NCBI GenBank assembly: GCA_014379385.1
Contig: JACMLW010000134.1
Coordinates: 2,132 to 66,131 of the forward strand
Length of the DNA stretch: 64,000 nucleotides
Reading direction: 5' to 3'
Origin: Phycisphaerales bacterium
GTDB taxonomy: Bacteria; Planctomycetota; Phycisphaerae; Phycisphaerales; UBA1924
Position numbers and translations under genes: made by a program. Every line of letters begins with the position of its first letter. Position 1 is the first letter of the stretch. Shown here one piece after another: positions 27,771-37,109 of this stretch. A model generated the notes under the pieces. The model was not told the origin of the DNA. It searched no databases and saw only the letters and a list, made by a program, of their open reading frames with translations.

Positions 27771-27871
27771 CGCGCACCTATCCTTTCAAGCCCCTCGAGA
27801 AGGGCGGCGGCCCCGCTTCGCGGCGTGGCCCCGTGCAACTTCCCCTCCCGTTTCCCCGCCCCGCGGAGCGT

Positions 27872-29296
27872 ATGCCCCAGCAGCGACACCAACTTACCTT
27901 GCTGCACCCCTCACGGCAACCGCCACGCACCGAGTCGCCGCGCACAACCTCCACCCAAACTGCCGCCGAGATCCTCACCGCGGCACCGGCCCGCCCGCCC
28001 ATCCGTTCGCTCTACATCCACACGCCCTTCTGTGTGCATAAGTGCCACTACTGCGATTTTTACTCGATCGTTGACACGCAGGATCGCGAGCAAGCGTTCG
28101 TCGATCGGCTCATTGCCGAGCTGCGATTCCTCGCCCCGCACGCCGATCCTGCTATACAGCGCCCCGCACTGGATACGGTCTTTGTGGGCGGGGGGACGCC
28201 CTCGCTCTTGCGCGTTGACCTTTGGAGGCGGCTGCTCGGGGCGCTCCACGAGTTGTTCGATCTGTCGGCGATGATCTCGCGCGGCGTGCGAGCGCAAGTT
28301 GCTCAGCCGCTTTTGCTCGGCGAGTTCACCGTCGAGTGCAACCCCGAGTCCGCGACGCCCGACCTCCTCGCCGTGCTCCGCAGTGGGGGAGTGAACCGTG
28401 TGAGCATGGGCGCGCAGTCCTTCGACCCGCGCCACCTCAAGACCCTCGAGCGCACCCACAACCCCGAGAACGTCGCCCGCGCGCTCGAGAGCGCCCGAGC
28501 CGCCGGCATCCCGCGCCAAAGCATCGACCTCATCTTCGGCATCCCCGGCCAGACCCTCGCCGAGTGGGAGCGCGACCTCGATCGCGCGATCGCGCTTGGC
28601 ACGACGCACCTCTCCTGCTACGGCCTCACGTACGAGCCCGGCACCGCCATGACCGCCCGCCTCGGCGTGGGACAGTTCGAGCCCATCGACGACGACCTGG
28701 AGGCCGACATGTTCGAGCTCACGCTGAGCCGGCTCGCGGCGGCCGGTCTCGCTCGCTACGAGATCTCCAACTACGCCCGCCCCGGCCACGAGAGCCTCCA
28801 CAACCTCGCCTACTGGCGACAGCACCAGTGGCTCGCAGCGGGGCCCAGCGCCTCCGGCCATGTTTACGCGGGCGCGCACATGCGAGATGGTGGCTGGCGC
28901 TGGAAGAATGTGCCGCGACTGGGCGATTACCTGGCGGCCGATGCGGCAACGCCGGGCGAAAATGAGGACGACCGCAACACGGGAATCTGCGGGGCGAGTC
29001 CTGTCATCGACGTCGAATCACCCGATCCCCGCCGGGCCCTGCGCGAGCGCCTGCTCATGGGTCTGCGCCTCGCCGAGGGCATCGACGCCGCGGCGTTCCT
29101 TGCCGATCTTGACGCCGTCGCGCCCGACGCGGCTGGGTTGGTTGTCACCGCCGCGCAGCGGCTTGAGGGCGAGGGGCTCTTGCAGCTCGAGGGACTAGTC
29201 TTTCCCAATGGCGCCGCTCGCTGGACCCTCACACCCCGCGGCATGATGCTCTGCGATTCGGTGGTTGGGGCGCTGTCCGAGCCGCTCTGTGAGTGA
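27872..29296 (+). CDS. hemW: Radical SAM family heme chaperone HemW / HemN-like
   Basis: LYIHTPFCVHKCHYCDF (CxxxCxxC), GGGTPS. Start uncertain (GTG 27833 or ATG 27872). Confidence 0.8.
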   Translation: MPQQRHQLTLLHPSRQPPRTESPRTTSTQTAAEILTAAPARPPIRSLYIHTPFCVHKCHYCDFYSIVDTQDREQAFVDRLIAELRFLAPHADPAIQRPALDTVFVGGGTPSLLRVDLWRRLLGALHELFDLSAMISRGVRAQVAQPLLLGEFTVECNPESATPDLLAVLRSGGVNRVSMGAQSFDPRHLKTLERTHNPENVARALESARAAGIPRQSIDLIFGIPGQTLAEWERDLDRAIALGTTHLSCYGLTYEPGTAMTARLGVGQFEPIDDDLEADMFELTLSRLAAAGLARYEISNYARPGHESLHNLAYWRQHQWLAAGPSASGHVYAGAHMRDGGWRWKNVPRLGDYLAADAATPGENEDDRNTGICGASPVIDVESPDPRRALRERLLMGLRLAEGIDAAAFLADLDAVAPDAAGLVVTAAQRLEGEGLLQLEGLVFPNGAARWTLTPRGMMLCDSVVGALSEPLCE

Positions 29297-29298
29297 CA

Positions 29299-29750
29299 AT
29301 GGCCGCCGCGTTCTCGCAACCCAAGTCCAACTATTGGCCGGTCTTCTTCCTCTTCCTCGCCTACGGCCCGCTGCTCGCCTTTCTCTCCGCGCCCGACTCT
29401 GTGTGGGCAGCAGCTTTCGCACTCGGAGGCATGCTCGGCCTCCCAACCTCCGCCCTCTTCGCGTACCTCTTCCGGCGCCATCCGCTCGGTTACGCCATTC
29501 TCGCCGTCGCGATCTTCACGGCCGTCTGGATTCTCGGTGAGCCCCTGCACTCGCGCAATCCGATCGTGTTCATCCTCCTCGCCGCAGTCGTTTCACTCAT
29601 TATGCGAATCCAGGCGCCTACTTCAAACCCCACTGACGAGTGGCAATGCCCGAACTGCCTCTACGACCGGCGCGGCCTTCCGCTTGTCGCCCCATGCCGG
29701 AGTGCGGCCAAACGTCCGTGTTGCCAGCCTGCGAGCGCGATCAACTCTGA
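29299..29750 (+). pseudogene. Small polytopic membrane protein with C-terminal zinc ribbon, split by an apparent 1-nt deletion
   Basis: ATG 3 nt after the hemW stop, followed by 3-4 hydrophobic helices. WQCPNCLYDRRGLPLVAPC continues only in the adjacent frame as PECGQTSVLPACERDQL* (stop 29748..29750). As written, the original frame reads on for 600 nt antisense to the rluA-like gene. Confidence 0.55.
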
Positions 29751-29877
29751 CACCGCACACGTTCCTGCAAGCCGTATCGCTCGGCCTCCGCGCGACCATC
29801 ACGAGCACCCGCTCGTCTTCCTCTCCGTGTCTCTGTGCCTCTGTGGTAAATCTTCTTCCTCTTGCGCCCTCCATGTT

Positions 29878-30723
29878 TTAATCCTCTTTGTCCAGCGTCT
29901 CCACATCCGGCCGTCCCAGCCCCAGCCTCTTCAGCACCGGCTTGAGGTCTCGCGGCCACGCCGCCCGCACATCCACCTGGTTGCCGGTCACCGGGTGCGC
30001 GAACACCAACCGGTGCGCGTGCAGCGCCAGTCGCGGCGAGGCATTCGCCACCGCGGGTGGCGCATAGAACTCATCACCAAAGATCGGCGCGCCGATCGCC
30101 TCCAGATGCACCCGCACCTGGTGCAGCCTCCCAGTCAGCGGGCGTGCCTCCACCAGCGAAGCCCCGCCGCGCCCCGCCCCCTCTTCCTCACGCTCGCGCC
30201 GTTCCTGCTCACCCTGCCCCGCCCGCGCCAGCACGCGGAACGCCGTTGTCGCGGCCTTCGCCGCGGCACCCACTGTCGTCCGTCCGCCGGTCTCCGCAGT
30301 CTTGCCGCGAATCACGCGCGCCAGCTTCGGCTTCCCCGGTGATGGGTTCGTCTCCGCGATCGCCAGCTTGATGACGCCCGAATCGTCCTTCGGTCCCTTC
30401 GCGCACAGGGCCCAGTAGAACTTCTTGACCCGCCTCTCCTCGAAGGCTGTGCGCAGCGCGTCATACGCGCGCGTCGTCAGCGCCACCACCAGCAGCCCGC
30501 TCGTCTCGCGGTCCAAACGGTGCAGCAGCCCGAAGTCCCGCGACTTGCCCAGGTTCTGGAGCTGCTGCCCGTACGCCGCGAACAGGCCGTTCAGCAGCGA
30601 ATCGCGCTCGTGCCCGAGCCCCGGCTGCGTCACCAGCCCCGCGCGCTTATTGATAACCAGCACGTGCTCGTCCGCGTGCTCCAGCTTGTACGTCACCCGC
30701 TCGTTGGGAAGAATCGATAGCAC
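29878..30723 (-). CDS. RluA family pseudouridine synthase
   Basis: VLVINKRAGLVTQPG, HRLDRETSGLLVVA, LHAHRL. GTG start. Confidence 0.85.
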   Translation of the reverse strand: MLSILPNERVTYKLEHADEHVLVINKRAGLVTQPGLGHERDSLLNGLFAAYGQQLQNLGKSRDFGLLHRLDRETSGLLVVALTTRAYDALRTAFEERRVKKFYWALCAKGPKDDSGVIKLAIAETNPSPGKPKLARVIRGKTAETGGRTTVGAAAKAATTAFRVLARAGQGEQERREREEEGAGRGGASLVEARPLTGRLHQVRVHLEAIGAPIFGDEFYAPPAVANASPRLALHAHRLVFAHPVTGNQVDVRAAWPRDLKPVLKRLGLGRPDVETLDKED

Positions 30724-30828
30724 GCCTGAGCGTACACCGTCGCGGCCGCGAACGATGCGTCGCGCGCCGTGCCACGGCTTCGCCCGCTCTGGGGCAAGCT
30801 GTGCTCATGCCCCACTCTCCTCTGTTCT

Positions 30829-31632
30829 CTATTGCTGTCCCGCGGTTCCCACCACCTCGTGATCCAAGTACCACCGCAACTCCCCCGCCGGCGTCCGCGG
30901 CGGCTTGATTCCCAGCACCGGCAACTCCTCCGGCGTTCCTCGTCCGCTCGCCACCCGCGCCAGCATCTCCCGCTTCCCGCTCCCGGTCACCATGATTGCC
31001 ACGAAGCGCGATGCGTTCAGCAGCCGGTACGTCATAGTCACTCGATCGGGCGGCGTCACCGCCGGCCCCGCGTTGATGGCGATGAGCCGCGGGTTCTCAA
31101 CCTCTTCGCGCAGCGCCGGCGAGTGCGGGAACAGCGACGCCGTGTGACCATCTGCGCCCATCCCGAGCACCACGAAGTCCAGTCGGTCCTGCCCCTTCTC
31201 GCGCCATCCCAGGATTTCCTGGAGCGTGCGTTGGTACTGAACATCGGCGTCCTCGGCCAGCGCGAAGATCGGATGCACCTGGCCCTCGGGAATGCCCGAG
31301 TGCTGGCCGATGATCTCCGAGATCATCTTGAAGTTCGATCGCTCGTCATCGAAGCCCACGCGCCGCTCATCAACCAACCAGAGGTGCGTGCGCGACCAGG
31401 GAAAGTCGCGGTAAACCGGGTCGTACATCAGCCGCAGGTACAGCGGCACCGGGGTGCTCCCGCCCGAGAGGGCCAGGTGAAACTCGCCGAACGCGCGCAC
31501 GCACGCCTGCGAATGGATGAGCATGTCGGCGCCCAGCGCATCGACCACATCGTCCGCGGTCTTTCGGAGCACCACGGTGCCCGGCAGCTTCGGCGCGGTC
31601 GGGGTGGGTTCCAGCTCGTAGATGTCGGGCAT
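30829..31632 (-). CDS. pgl: 6-phosphogluconolactonase
   Basis: Trimmed to ATG 31632. LALSGGSTP, WLVDERRV, VLGMGADGHTASLFP. Confidence 0.88.
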   Translation of the reverse strand: MPDIYELEPTPTAPKLPGTVVLRKTADDVVDALGADMLIHSQACVRAFGEFHLALSGGSTPVPLYLRLMYDPVYRDFPWSRTHLWLVDERRVGFDDERSNFKMISEIIGQHSGIPEGQVHPIFALAEDADVQYQRTLQEILGWREKGQDRLDFVVLGMGADGHTASLFPHSPALREEVENPRLIAINAGPAVTPPDRVTMTYRLLNASRFVAIMVTGSGKREMLARVASGRGTPEELPVLGIKPPRTPAGELRWYLDHEVVGTAGQQ

Positions 31633-31852
31633 GGGCTCGATTGTAAGTGCTCCGCCCGCCGCCTGTCGGGGTTCCCTGGCACCTGCGGAATCGCGACGAT
31701 GCCGCACACTCTCACTCGGCCGCTCCGTCGCTCAGCCTCCCCGCCACTCGGTCACGTTGCCGCTTCCCCTTGGCCCACTGGGCGGTTGGCGCGGTGGACT
31801 TTCCTACTCCTGCGGTACCCTGTCCGCTGTCCCGCCATCCCTATCCTCCCTC

Positions 31853-32893
31853 ATGTTCGTCGATCGTGCCATCATCCGCGTCCGCGCCGGCAACGGCGGT
31901 AACGGCCACGTCTCATTCCGCCGCGAGAAGTTTGCGCCCAAGGGCGGGCCCGATGGCGGCGACGGCGGTAAGGGCGGCGATGTCTACCTGGTCGCCGACG
32001 ACAACGTCAACACCCTCTTTGATTTCCGTCACGCTCACGACTGGGCCGCGCAGGACGGCGAGGCCGGGCGCGCCAAGCAGCAGATCGGGGCCGATGGCGC
32101 CGACCGCGATGTCCGCGTCCCCCCCGGCACCCTCGTGTTCGATAACCGCGCCGAACAACTGATCGTCGATCTGGCGCCCAATCAGCGCTACCTCATTGCC
32201 AAGGGCGGCAAGGGCGGCTACGGCAACGAGCATTACAAGACCTCAACGAATCAGACCCCCAAGAACGGTTCGCCGGGACTCCCCGGCGATCAGTTCGAGC
32301 TCCGCCTGGATCTCAAGCTCATCGCCGACGTCGGCCTCATCGGCATGCCCAACGCCGGAAAGAGCACGCTGCTCGCGGCCGTGACCGACGCGACACCGAA
32401 AATCGGCGACTACCCCTTCACCACCCTTTCCCCGCAGCTCGGCATCGCAAAACTCGACCAGACGCGCCGCCTCGTGCTGGCCGACATCCCGGGGCTCATC
32501 GAGGGCGCCAGCTCAGGCGCCGGCCTCGGCCTCGATTTCCTGCGACACATCGAGCGTACCCGCGTGCTCGTCCACCTGCTCGACGCCGCGCCGCTCGATG
32601 ATTCCAACCCCGCCGACAACTACCGGCTCATCCGCAAGGAGCTGGAGACCTACTCACAGGCCCTCGCCGATCGGCGTGAGGTCATCGCGCTCAACAAGGT
32701 CGACCTGCTCCCGCCCGAGGAACGCGCCGCCGCCGCGGCCAGGCTCGCCCACGATCTCGACCTTTCCGGCACCGAGCGCATCCTCGTCATCAGCGGTGCC
32801 ACCAACCAGGGCACACACGAACTCCTCGAACACCTCTGGAATATCCTCACGCCGCAGGCTCAGACCTGGAAGGCCCCGGCGCCGCAGGTGTGA
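31853..32893 (+). CDS. obg: GTPase Obg/CgtA
   Basis: Trimmed to ATG 31853. MFVDRAIIRVRAGNGGNGHVSFRREKF, GMPNAGKSTLL, DIPGLIEGA, NKVD. Confidence 0.95.
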   Translation: MFVDRAIIRVRAGNGGNGHVSFRREKFAPKGGPDGGDGGKGGDVYLVADDNVNTLFDFRHAHDWAAQDGEAGRAKQQIGADGADRDVRVPPGTLVFDNRAEQLIVDLAPNQRYLIAKGGKGGYGNEHYKTSTNQTPKNGSPGLPGDQFELRLDLKLIADVGLIGMPNAGKSTLLAAVTDATPKIGDYPFTTLSPQLGIAKLDQTRRLVLADIPGLIEGASSGAGLGLDFLRHIERTRVLVHLLDAAPLDDSNPADNYRLIRKELETYSQALADRREVIALNKVDLLPPEERAAAAARLAHDLDLSGTERILVISGATNQGTHELLEHLWNILTPQAQTWKAPAPQV

Positions 32894-32943
32894 TCTGGGT
32901 GGCCGCCGCTCCGCGGCGGTCCTAGATCTGCATGCTCTTTGGG

Positions 32944-33579
32944 CTATTTGGCAACTTGGCCCTTTGGTGTCTCCAGCATCGCCAGCCACTCCGCATTCCC
33001 CCGTGCCGCGCCCTTGCTCCCGGTAATCGGCGACTTCGTTACGGCGATCACCCGCAGCCCTATCGCTGGCATCGTTTCCAGCGCGCGCTGCGAGACGCGA
33101 CCCGCCTCGCTCTCATCCAGCACGCCGCCCACAAGCAAATATTTCTCAGCGGGCTCGAGCTCGTAGTGCGGCTTGATCAGTGTGATGATCCGTCCACCTT
33201 GATCACCACGATCCCCTGCGCGCACCCACTTCATCGCCGCGGGCAGGCACAGCCGCTGCGGAGTCCACCCCGTATCGAGCACGACGAGATCCATCTTCTC
33301 GAGTTCGCCCGCGGGCGGCGCAGCGTGCAGCGCGTTCGTCCGCTCCATCACCGTCACCCGCGCGTCCTTCCGTAGCTTCCACGCCAGCACCCCATAACCA
33401 GTATCGATGCTCGTTACGTGCGCGGCCCCGGCCTGCAGCAGACAGTCCGTAAATCCCCCCGTGCTGCACCCCATATCCGCACACCGCAGCCCGCGCACGT
33501 CAACCTCAAACTCGTCGAGCGCGTGCCGCAGCTTCACCCCGCCGCGCGAGACGTACCCGTGTTCAGGGTCCAGGCTCAC
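32944..33579 (-). CDS. TlyA-family rRNA 2'-O-methyltransferase-like protein lacking the S4 domain
   Basis: YVSRGGVKLRHAL, DMGCSTGGFTDCLLQAGA. Start set at in-frame GTG 33579 because upstream sequence is Arg/Gly/Asp-rich and antisense to a membrane-protein gene. Start is inferred. Confidence 0.7.
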   Translation of the reverse strand: MSLDPEHGYVSRGGVKLRHALDEFEVDVRGLRCADMGCSTGGFTDCLLQAGAAHVTSIDTGYGVLAWKLRKDARVTVMERTNALHAAPPAGELEKMDLVVLDTGWTPQRLCLPAAMKWVRAGDRGDQGGRIITLIKPHYELEPAEKYLLVGGVLDESEAGRVSQRALETMPAIGLRVIAVTKSPITGSKGAARGNAEWLAMLETPKGQVAK

Positions 33580-33642
33580 GCCCGGCCCCCGCGCGCGGAA
33601 AATCCTCGCACAAACCAACGCCGGTTTCCGTATAACCCAGAC

Positions 33643-34125
33643 ATGCAGACGCTCCTGATCATCCTTGGCCTCATGCTCGCCGTCGCGATCGTCGGCGGCG
33701 TCCTGGCGCTCGGCTGGCTCCGGCGCATCGTCGCCCGCATCCCGTTGGGCGTGGCGGCCCCCGCGCCATCGTTCGCCGGCGCGGCGTCGCAATCCCGTTC
33801 CCCAAACGTGCCGGTCGTTGAAGAGGGTTTCCTCCAGACGCTCCGGCGCGTCCCGCTTCCCCTCGTGGTCGCGCTGGACGTTCTCGATCTCACGCTTGAC
33901 GTCCTCGCCGCCCCCATTGTCTGGATCCTGCTCGACCGCGTCGGCCTCAGCGCCCTTCGCCGGGTCGCCGCGATCGAGGCGCTCATCCCGTTCACCGGTC
34001 CGATCCCCACGATGACACTCTGCTGGGCCTTCGCGCGCCTGACCGACCCCGCCCGCGCCGGCTCTCCGCGCCATCCGGCGCCCGCCTACGCAGCCGCGCG
34101 CATCCCGGGCCGCGTGATTTCGTAA
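33643..34125 (+). CDS. Hypothetical membrane protein
   Basis: ATG 33643 (MQTLLIILGLMLAVAIVGGVLALGWL). Further hydrophobic segments (LDVLAAPIVWILL, IPTMTLCWAF). GC3-rich codons. Confidence 0.6.
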   Translation: MQTLLIILGLMLAVAIVGGVLALGWLRRIVARIPLGVAAPAPSFAGAASQSRSPNVPVVEEGFLQTLRRVPLPLVVALDVLDLTLDVLAAPIVWILLDRVGLSALRRVAAIEALIPFTGPIPTMTLCWAFARLTDPARAGSPRHPAPAYAAARIPGRVIS

Positions 34126-34165
34126 CTCCCGATGCGCGAGCGGCGTGCGTTGTCCCCGGCGGCGT

Positions 34166-35245
34166 TCAGCGCCCATCGAGCTCCACGACAAGCCACCGCA
34201 TCGCGGTCAGCGGCCTCATTTCAAAACGACATGTCAGCTCGGCGGGGACCACGACAGTCCCCCCGGCTGACACATTGATCCCCGAGACGCTCATCGCCGG
34301 CACGTTCATCAGGCTGCCGTGCCCGTCGGTCAGCAGCTCCCCGCGCCCCTCCAGCACAACTACCACGATGCACGCCTTCGACTGCGAGAGCCGGATCGGC
34401 TCGTCGTTGGCCTCGGCCGCGCCCGCCCGCATCTCGATCACCGTGAAGAACTCGTTCCGCGCCACCACGCCGCGCATCGCATCGGCGTCGAGCCATCGCG
34501 GCGGCGGAGCGGCGTTCTCAAAGTCGATGCACTGGAGCGCCTGCTTGGTGTGCAGCTCCCGCCCCGTGCGCCCCCAGTCGTAAATCCTGAAGGTGGTGTC
34601 GCTCGGCGTCTGTACCTCGGCCACCAGAACCCCGGCGCCCAGCGCATGCACGGTCCCGCTCGGCAGGTTGTGGCACTCGCCGGGCACCGCGCGAACCGCC
34701 ACCAGATCGCCGACCACGGGGCTCCCGTCTCCAGTCCGCAGGTGCTTCTCGAAGCTCGCCCGCGTCACCCCGCCCTTCACGCCCTTATAGATCACCGACC
34801 CGGGCTCCGCCGCAAGGATGTACCAGCACTCCGTCTTGAGGTGCGCACCCTCCCCCGGGTGCGCCGCGAGATACCCCGGGCTCGGATGCACCTGCACCGA
34901 CAGGTTCTCGCTCGCATCCAGGAACTTCACGAGCAGCGGGAAGCTCCCGTCACCCTTGCCCCTCCCCCCGTTGGCCAACCTCGCCGTGCCGATCAGCCGC
35001 GGCCCCCAGAGCTTGATCGCATCGCGCAGCGTCTTCCCCGCCAGCGGCCCGTTCGCGATGACGGATATCGCCGCCCCGCCCCCTGCGCCCGATGCGCTCG
35101 TGGCACCAAGATCAGCAACCTCCCACGACTCGCCGATCTTCGCGCCCGCCGCTACCCCCTTGCCGAAGCGGGCCAGCCGCGACCCCCCCCAGACCTTCTC
35201 AAGGAGCATGGGGCGGAACAAAATCGGGTAGGGTGTGACGGTCAC
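34166..35245 (-). CDS. Type I phosphomannose isomerase family protein
   Basis: LLEKVWGGSRL, FPLLVKFLDASENLSVQVHP, LKTECWYIL. GTG start. Confidence 0.82.
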   Translation of the reverse strand: MTVTPYPILFRPMLLEKVWGGSRLARFGKGVAAGAKIGESWEVADLGATSASGAGGGAAISVIANGPLAGKTLRDAIKLWGPRLIGTARLANGGRGKGDGSFPLLVKFLDASENLSVQVHPSPGYLAAHPGEGAHLKTECWYILAAEPGSVIYKGVKGGVTRASFEKHLRTGDGSPVVGDLVAVRAVPGECHNLPSGTVHALGAGVLVAEVQTPSDTTFRIYDWGRTGRELHTKQALQCIDFENAAPPPRWLDADAMRGVVARNEFFTVIEMRAGAAEANDEPIRLSQSKACIVVVVLEGRGELLTDGHGSLMNVPAMSVSGINVSAGGTVVVPAELTCRFEMRPLTAMRWLVVELDGR

Positions 35246-35433
35246 GGTCGGAATAGTAACGAAATCGCATCAGGTCTGCGACGCCGGGCAACCGATCCCC
35301 GGTCGGAGGCCGCCGCTGGTCCATTGCCCGCTGATCTGCGATCATGCATCCGGGTCCCGGCTGGCGAGCGTTTTACGTGCGCCGGTATGAAACCGTCGCC
35401 GACGCATTCCGAGGAGTTGTCGAAGGAGGAGCT

Positions 35434-35715
35434 ATGCCCCAGCAGCAATACGACCTCGCGCATCAGCAGGAGAATGGGCTCGGCCTGGCAGGGTTCATCG
35501 TCTCGCTCATCGGCCTGATCAGCTGCGGCATTCTCTCGCCAATCGGGCTCATCATGTCGTGGATCGCCAAGTCTCGGGAACCAAAGGGCCTTGCGATCGC
35601 GGGAGTCGTTCTTGGCCTTGTTGGATCCGCCGAGCTGATCCTGTTTCTCGCCCTTGGCGTGTTCGGGATGATTCTCGCTGCGCTCGGCCTCGCCGCGGGC
35701 GCGGGCCGACCGTAA
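35434..35715 (+). CDS. DUF4190-like small membrane protein
   Basis: ATG 35434 preceded by GAAGGAGGAG. Two hydrophobic helices, LAGFIVSLIGLISCGILSPIGLIMSWIA and GLAIAGVVLGLVG. Confidence 0.7.
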   Translation: MPQQQYDLAHQQENGLGLAGFIVSLIGLISCGILSPIGLIMSWIAKSREPKGLAIAGVVLGLVGSAELILFLALGVFGMILAALGLAAGAGRP

Positions 35716-35723
35716 CACCCAGC

Positions 35724-36464
35724 TCACGTACTTAAATCCACGTCACCCCACGGGGTTCCCGGCGACGTCATCCACGTCAGCGCGTGCCGTCGCTCGTGAA
35801 TCACCCCGCCGCCGGCCACCGGATCAAACCCGCGCGGCACGCACTTCGGGTCGCTGAACTGCGCCGACCGCACCGCGTTATGGGCACCGTAGAACAGGTC
35901 CTCCATCGCCACGATCTCCGCCGCGCTCCGCATCGTGTTCCCCGCGAGCATCGCCGCGCAGTCTGCTGCTGTCCGCGGCGAGAACTCCGTGAGAATCTGG
36001 TCCAGCTCATCGCCCCCGATCATCTCGCCGTCGATCCCTGGCGGCGTCTCGTTTCCCAGCGCCCACGCCAACGGCACGAGGTTCTCCATCCGCCAGCCGA
36101 TCGCCTCCTTGTTCGCCGCGAACGCGTCGTCGCGCCCCATCGCCATGATCGCCCGCTCCTCCGCCGGCATGATGCCCAGCAGGTTGTGCGCCTCGATCAT
36201 CTCCCGCAGCGGCCCCTCGGGGTACTTCTCCGGCGGCGCGGCGACGTACAGGCACAACGCCTCGAGCGACGCCAGCCTCCGCACGATCTCCTCTCGCGGC
36301 CGCACCGGCGGGTTGCGCGGATCAGCGAAGGGCAGGTTCGGAGCCACGCGAAACCCGGCCTTCTTCAGGACCACGAGGTTGGCGGCGCGGATGACGCTGG
36401 GTTCGATCGATGACGGAGCGCTGCCCAGCGCTGCTCCCGGAGAGGGCTTTCTCTTGAAGAACAT
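35724..36464 (-). CDS. Hypothetical protein (DUF4272-like by recollection)
   Basis: ORF 35724..36497 trimmed to ATG 36464. Coding-like composition. Family name is from memory only. Confidence 0.55.
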   Translation of the reverse strand: MFFKRKPSPGAALGSAPSSIEPSVIRAANLVVLKKAGFRVAPNLPFADPRNPPVRPREEIVRRLASLEALCLYVAAPPEKYPEGPLREMIEAHNLLGIMPAEERAIMAMGRDDAFAANKEAIGWRMENLVPLAWALGNETPPGIDGEMIGGDELDQILTEFSPRTAADCAAMLAGNTMRSAAEIVAMEDLFYGAHNAVRSAQFSDPKCVPRGFDPVAGGGVIHERRHALTWMTSPGTPWGDVDLST

Positions 36465-36545
36465 ACCTGTCCTCGTATTGCGGGGTCGTGCGCGCACACC
36501 GGAGCCGTCCCCGAAAGGAAGACAGCGACGTGGTGGGGCGATGAC

Positions 36546-36887
36546 TCAGTCGTCGTTGCCGTCGTCATCCTCTCCGTTGTCATCATCGTCGTCCGTCTCG
36601 CGCTGCTTGGAAACCAGCGAGCCGTCCGCCGCGATCTCCAGCTCCCAGTCCTCGCCGTTCATCGTCATGTCGGCGCTGTAGATGGTCTGGTTGCCGTGCA
36701 TCTCGCGGTCGACCTCAGTCACGTTCCCGCCCACCGACTCGCGGTCCAGCGTGGCGCGGACCGCCGCGGGGAGATCCGTCATCGTCACCGCGACCTCGTT
36801 GCCATCACCGTCGTCGTCATCGTCATAGTGGCACCCGGCAATCGCCGCGAGTCCGACAAGCGGAACGATCGTGAGCAGACGCTTCAT
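36546..36887 (-). CDS. Acidic lipoprotein with PepSY-like fold
   Basis: MKRLLTIVPLVGLAAIAGC lipobox. AAGGAGA Shine-Dalgarno. Asp-rich tails flank LPAAVRATLD...VTEVDRE...YSADMTMNGEDWELEIAADGSLVS. Confidence 0.7.
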   Translation of the reverse strand: MKRLLTIVPLVGLAAIAGCHYDDDDDGDGNEVAVTMTDLPAAVRATLDRESVGGNVTEVDREMHGNQTIYSADMTMNGEDWELEIAADGSLVSKQRETDDDDDNGEDDDGNDD

Positions 36888-37024
36888 GGTGGTCTCCTTT
36901 GATGTGGTTCAGCCGTCCGCGAGTGTACCAGCAACGCGATCGATATAGATCGCCGCCGGGGTCTGCGCGCCCGCTTCCTCCCCGCCCCTCTTCTCCTTCC
37001 CCCGTGGCAATCCCGGGTGAACCC

Positions 37025-37058
37025 AAAAAAACCGGCGCCGGATGAGGTCCGGCGCCGG
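37025..37058 (-). terminator. Rho-independent terminator downstream of the DUF1579 gene
   Basis: Minus strand reads CCGGCGCCGG-acctcat-CCGGCGCCGG followed by TTTTTTT (perfect 10-bp stem). Confidence 0.85.
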
Positions 37059-37109
37059 CTTTGGAACTGTCGAGCGAAGCGGCTCGCGAAAATAGGGTCA
37101 GACGATCGC

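Noticed and set aside
29751-30342. Continuation of ORF 29293..30342 beyond the zinc-ribbon region
   Set aside because: Antisense to the RluA-family gene and Arg/Pro/His-rich. Explained by a 1-nt frameshift that hides the real stop at 29748..29750.
33580-34191. Long N-terminal extension of the TlyA-like ORF
   Set aside because: Arg/Gly/Asp/Glu-rich, and antisense to a plus-strand ORF with clear transmembrane helices and good codon bias.
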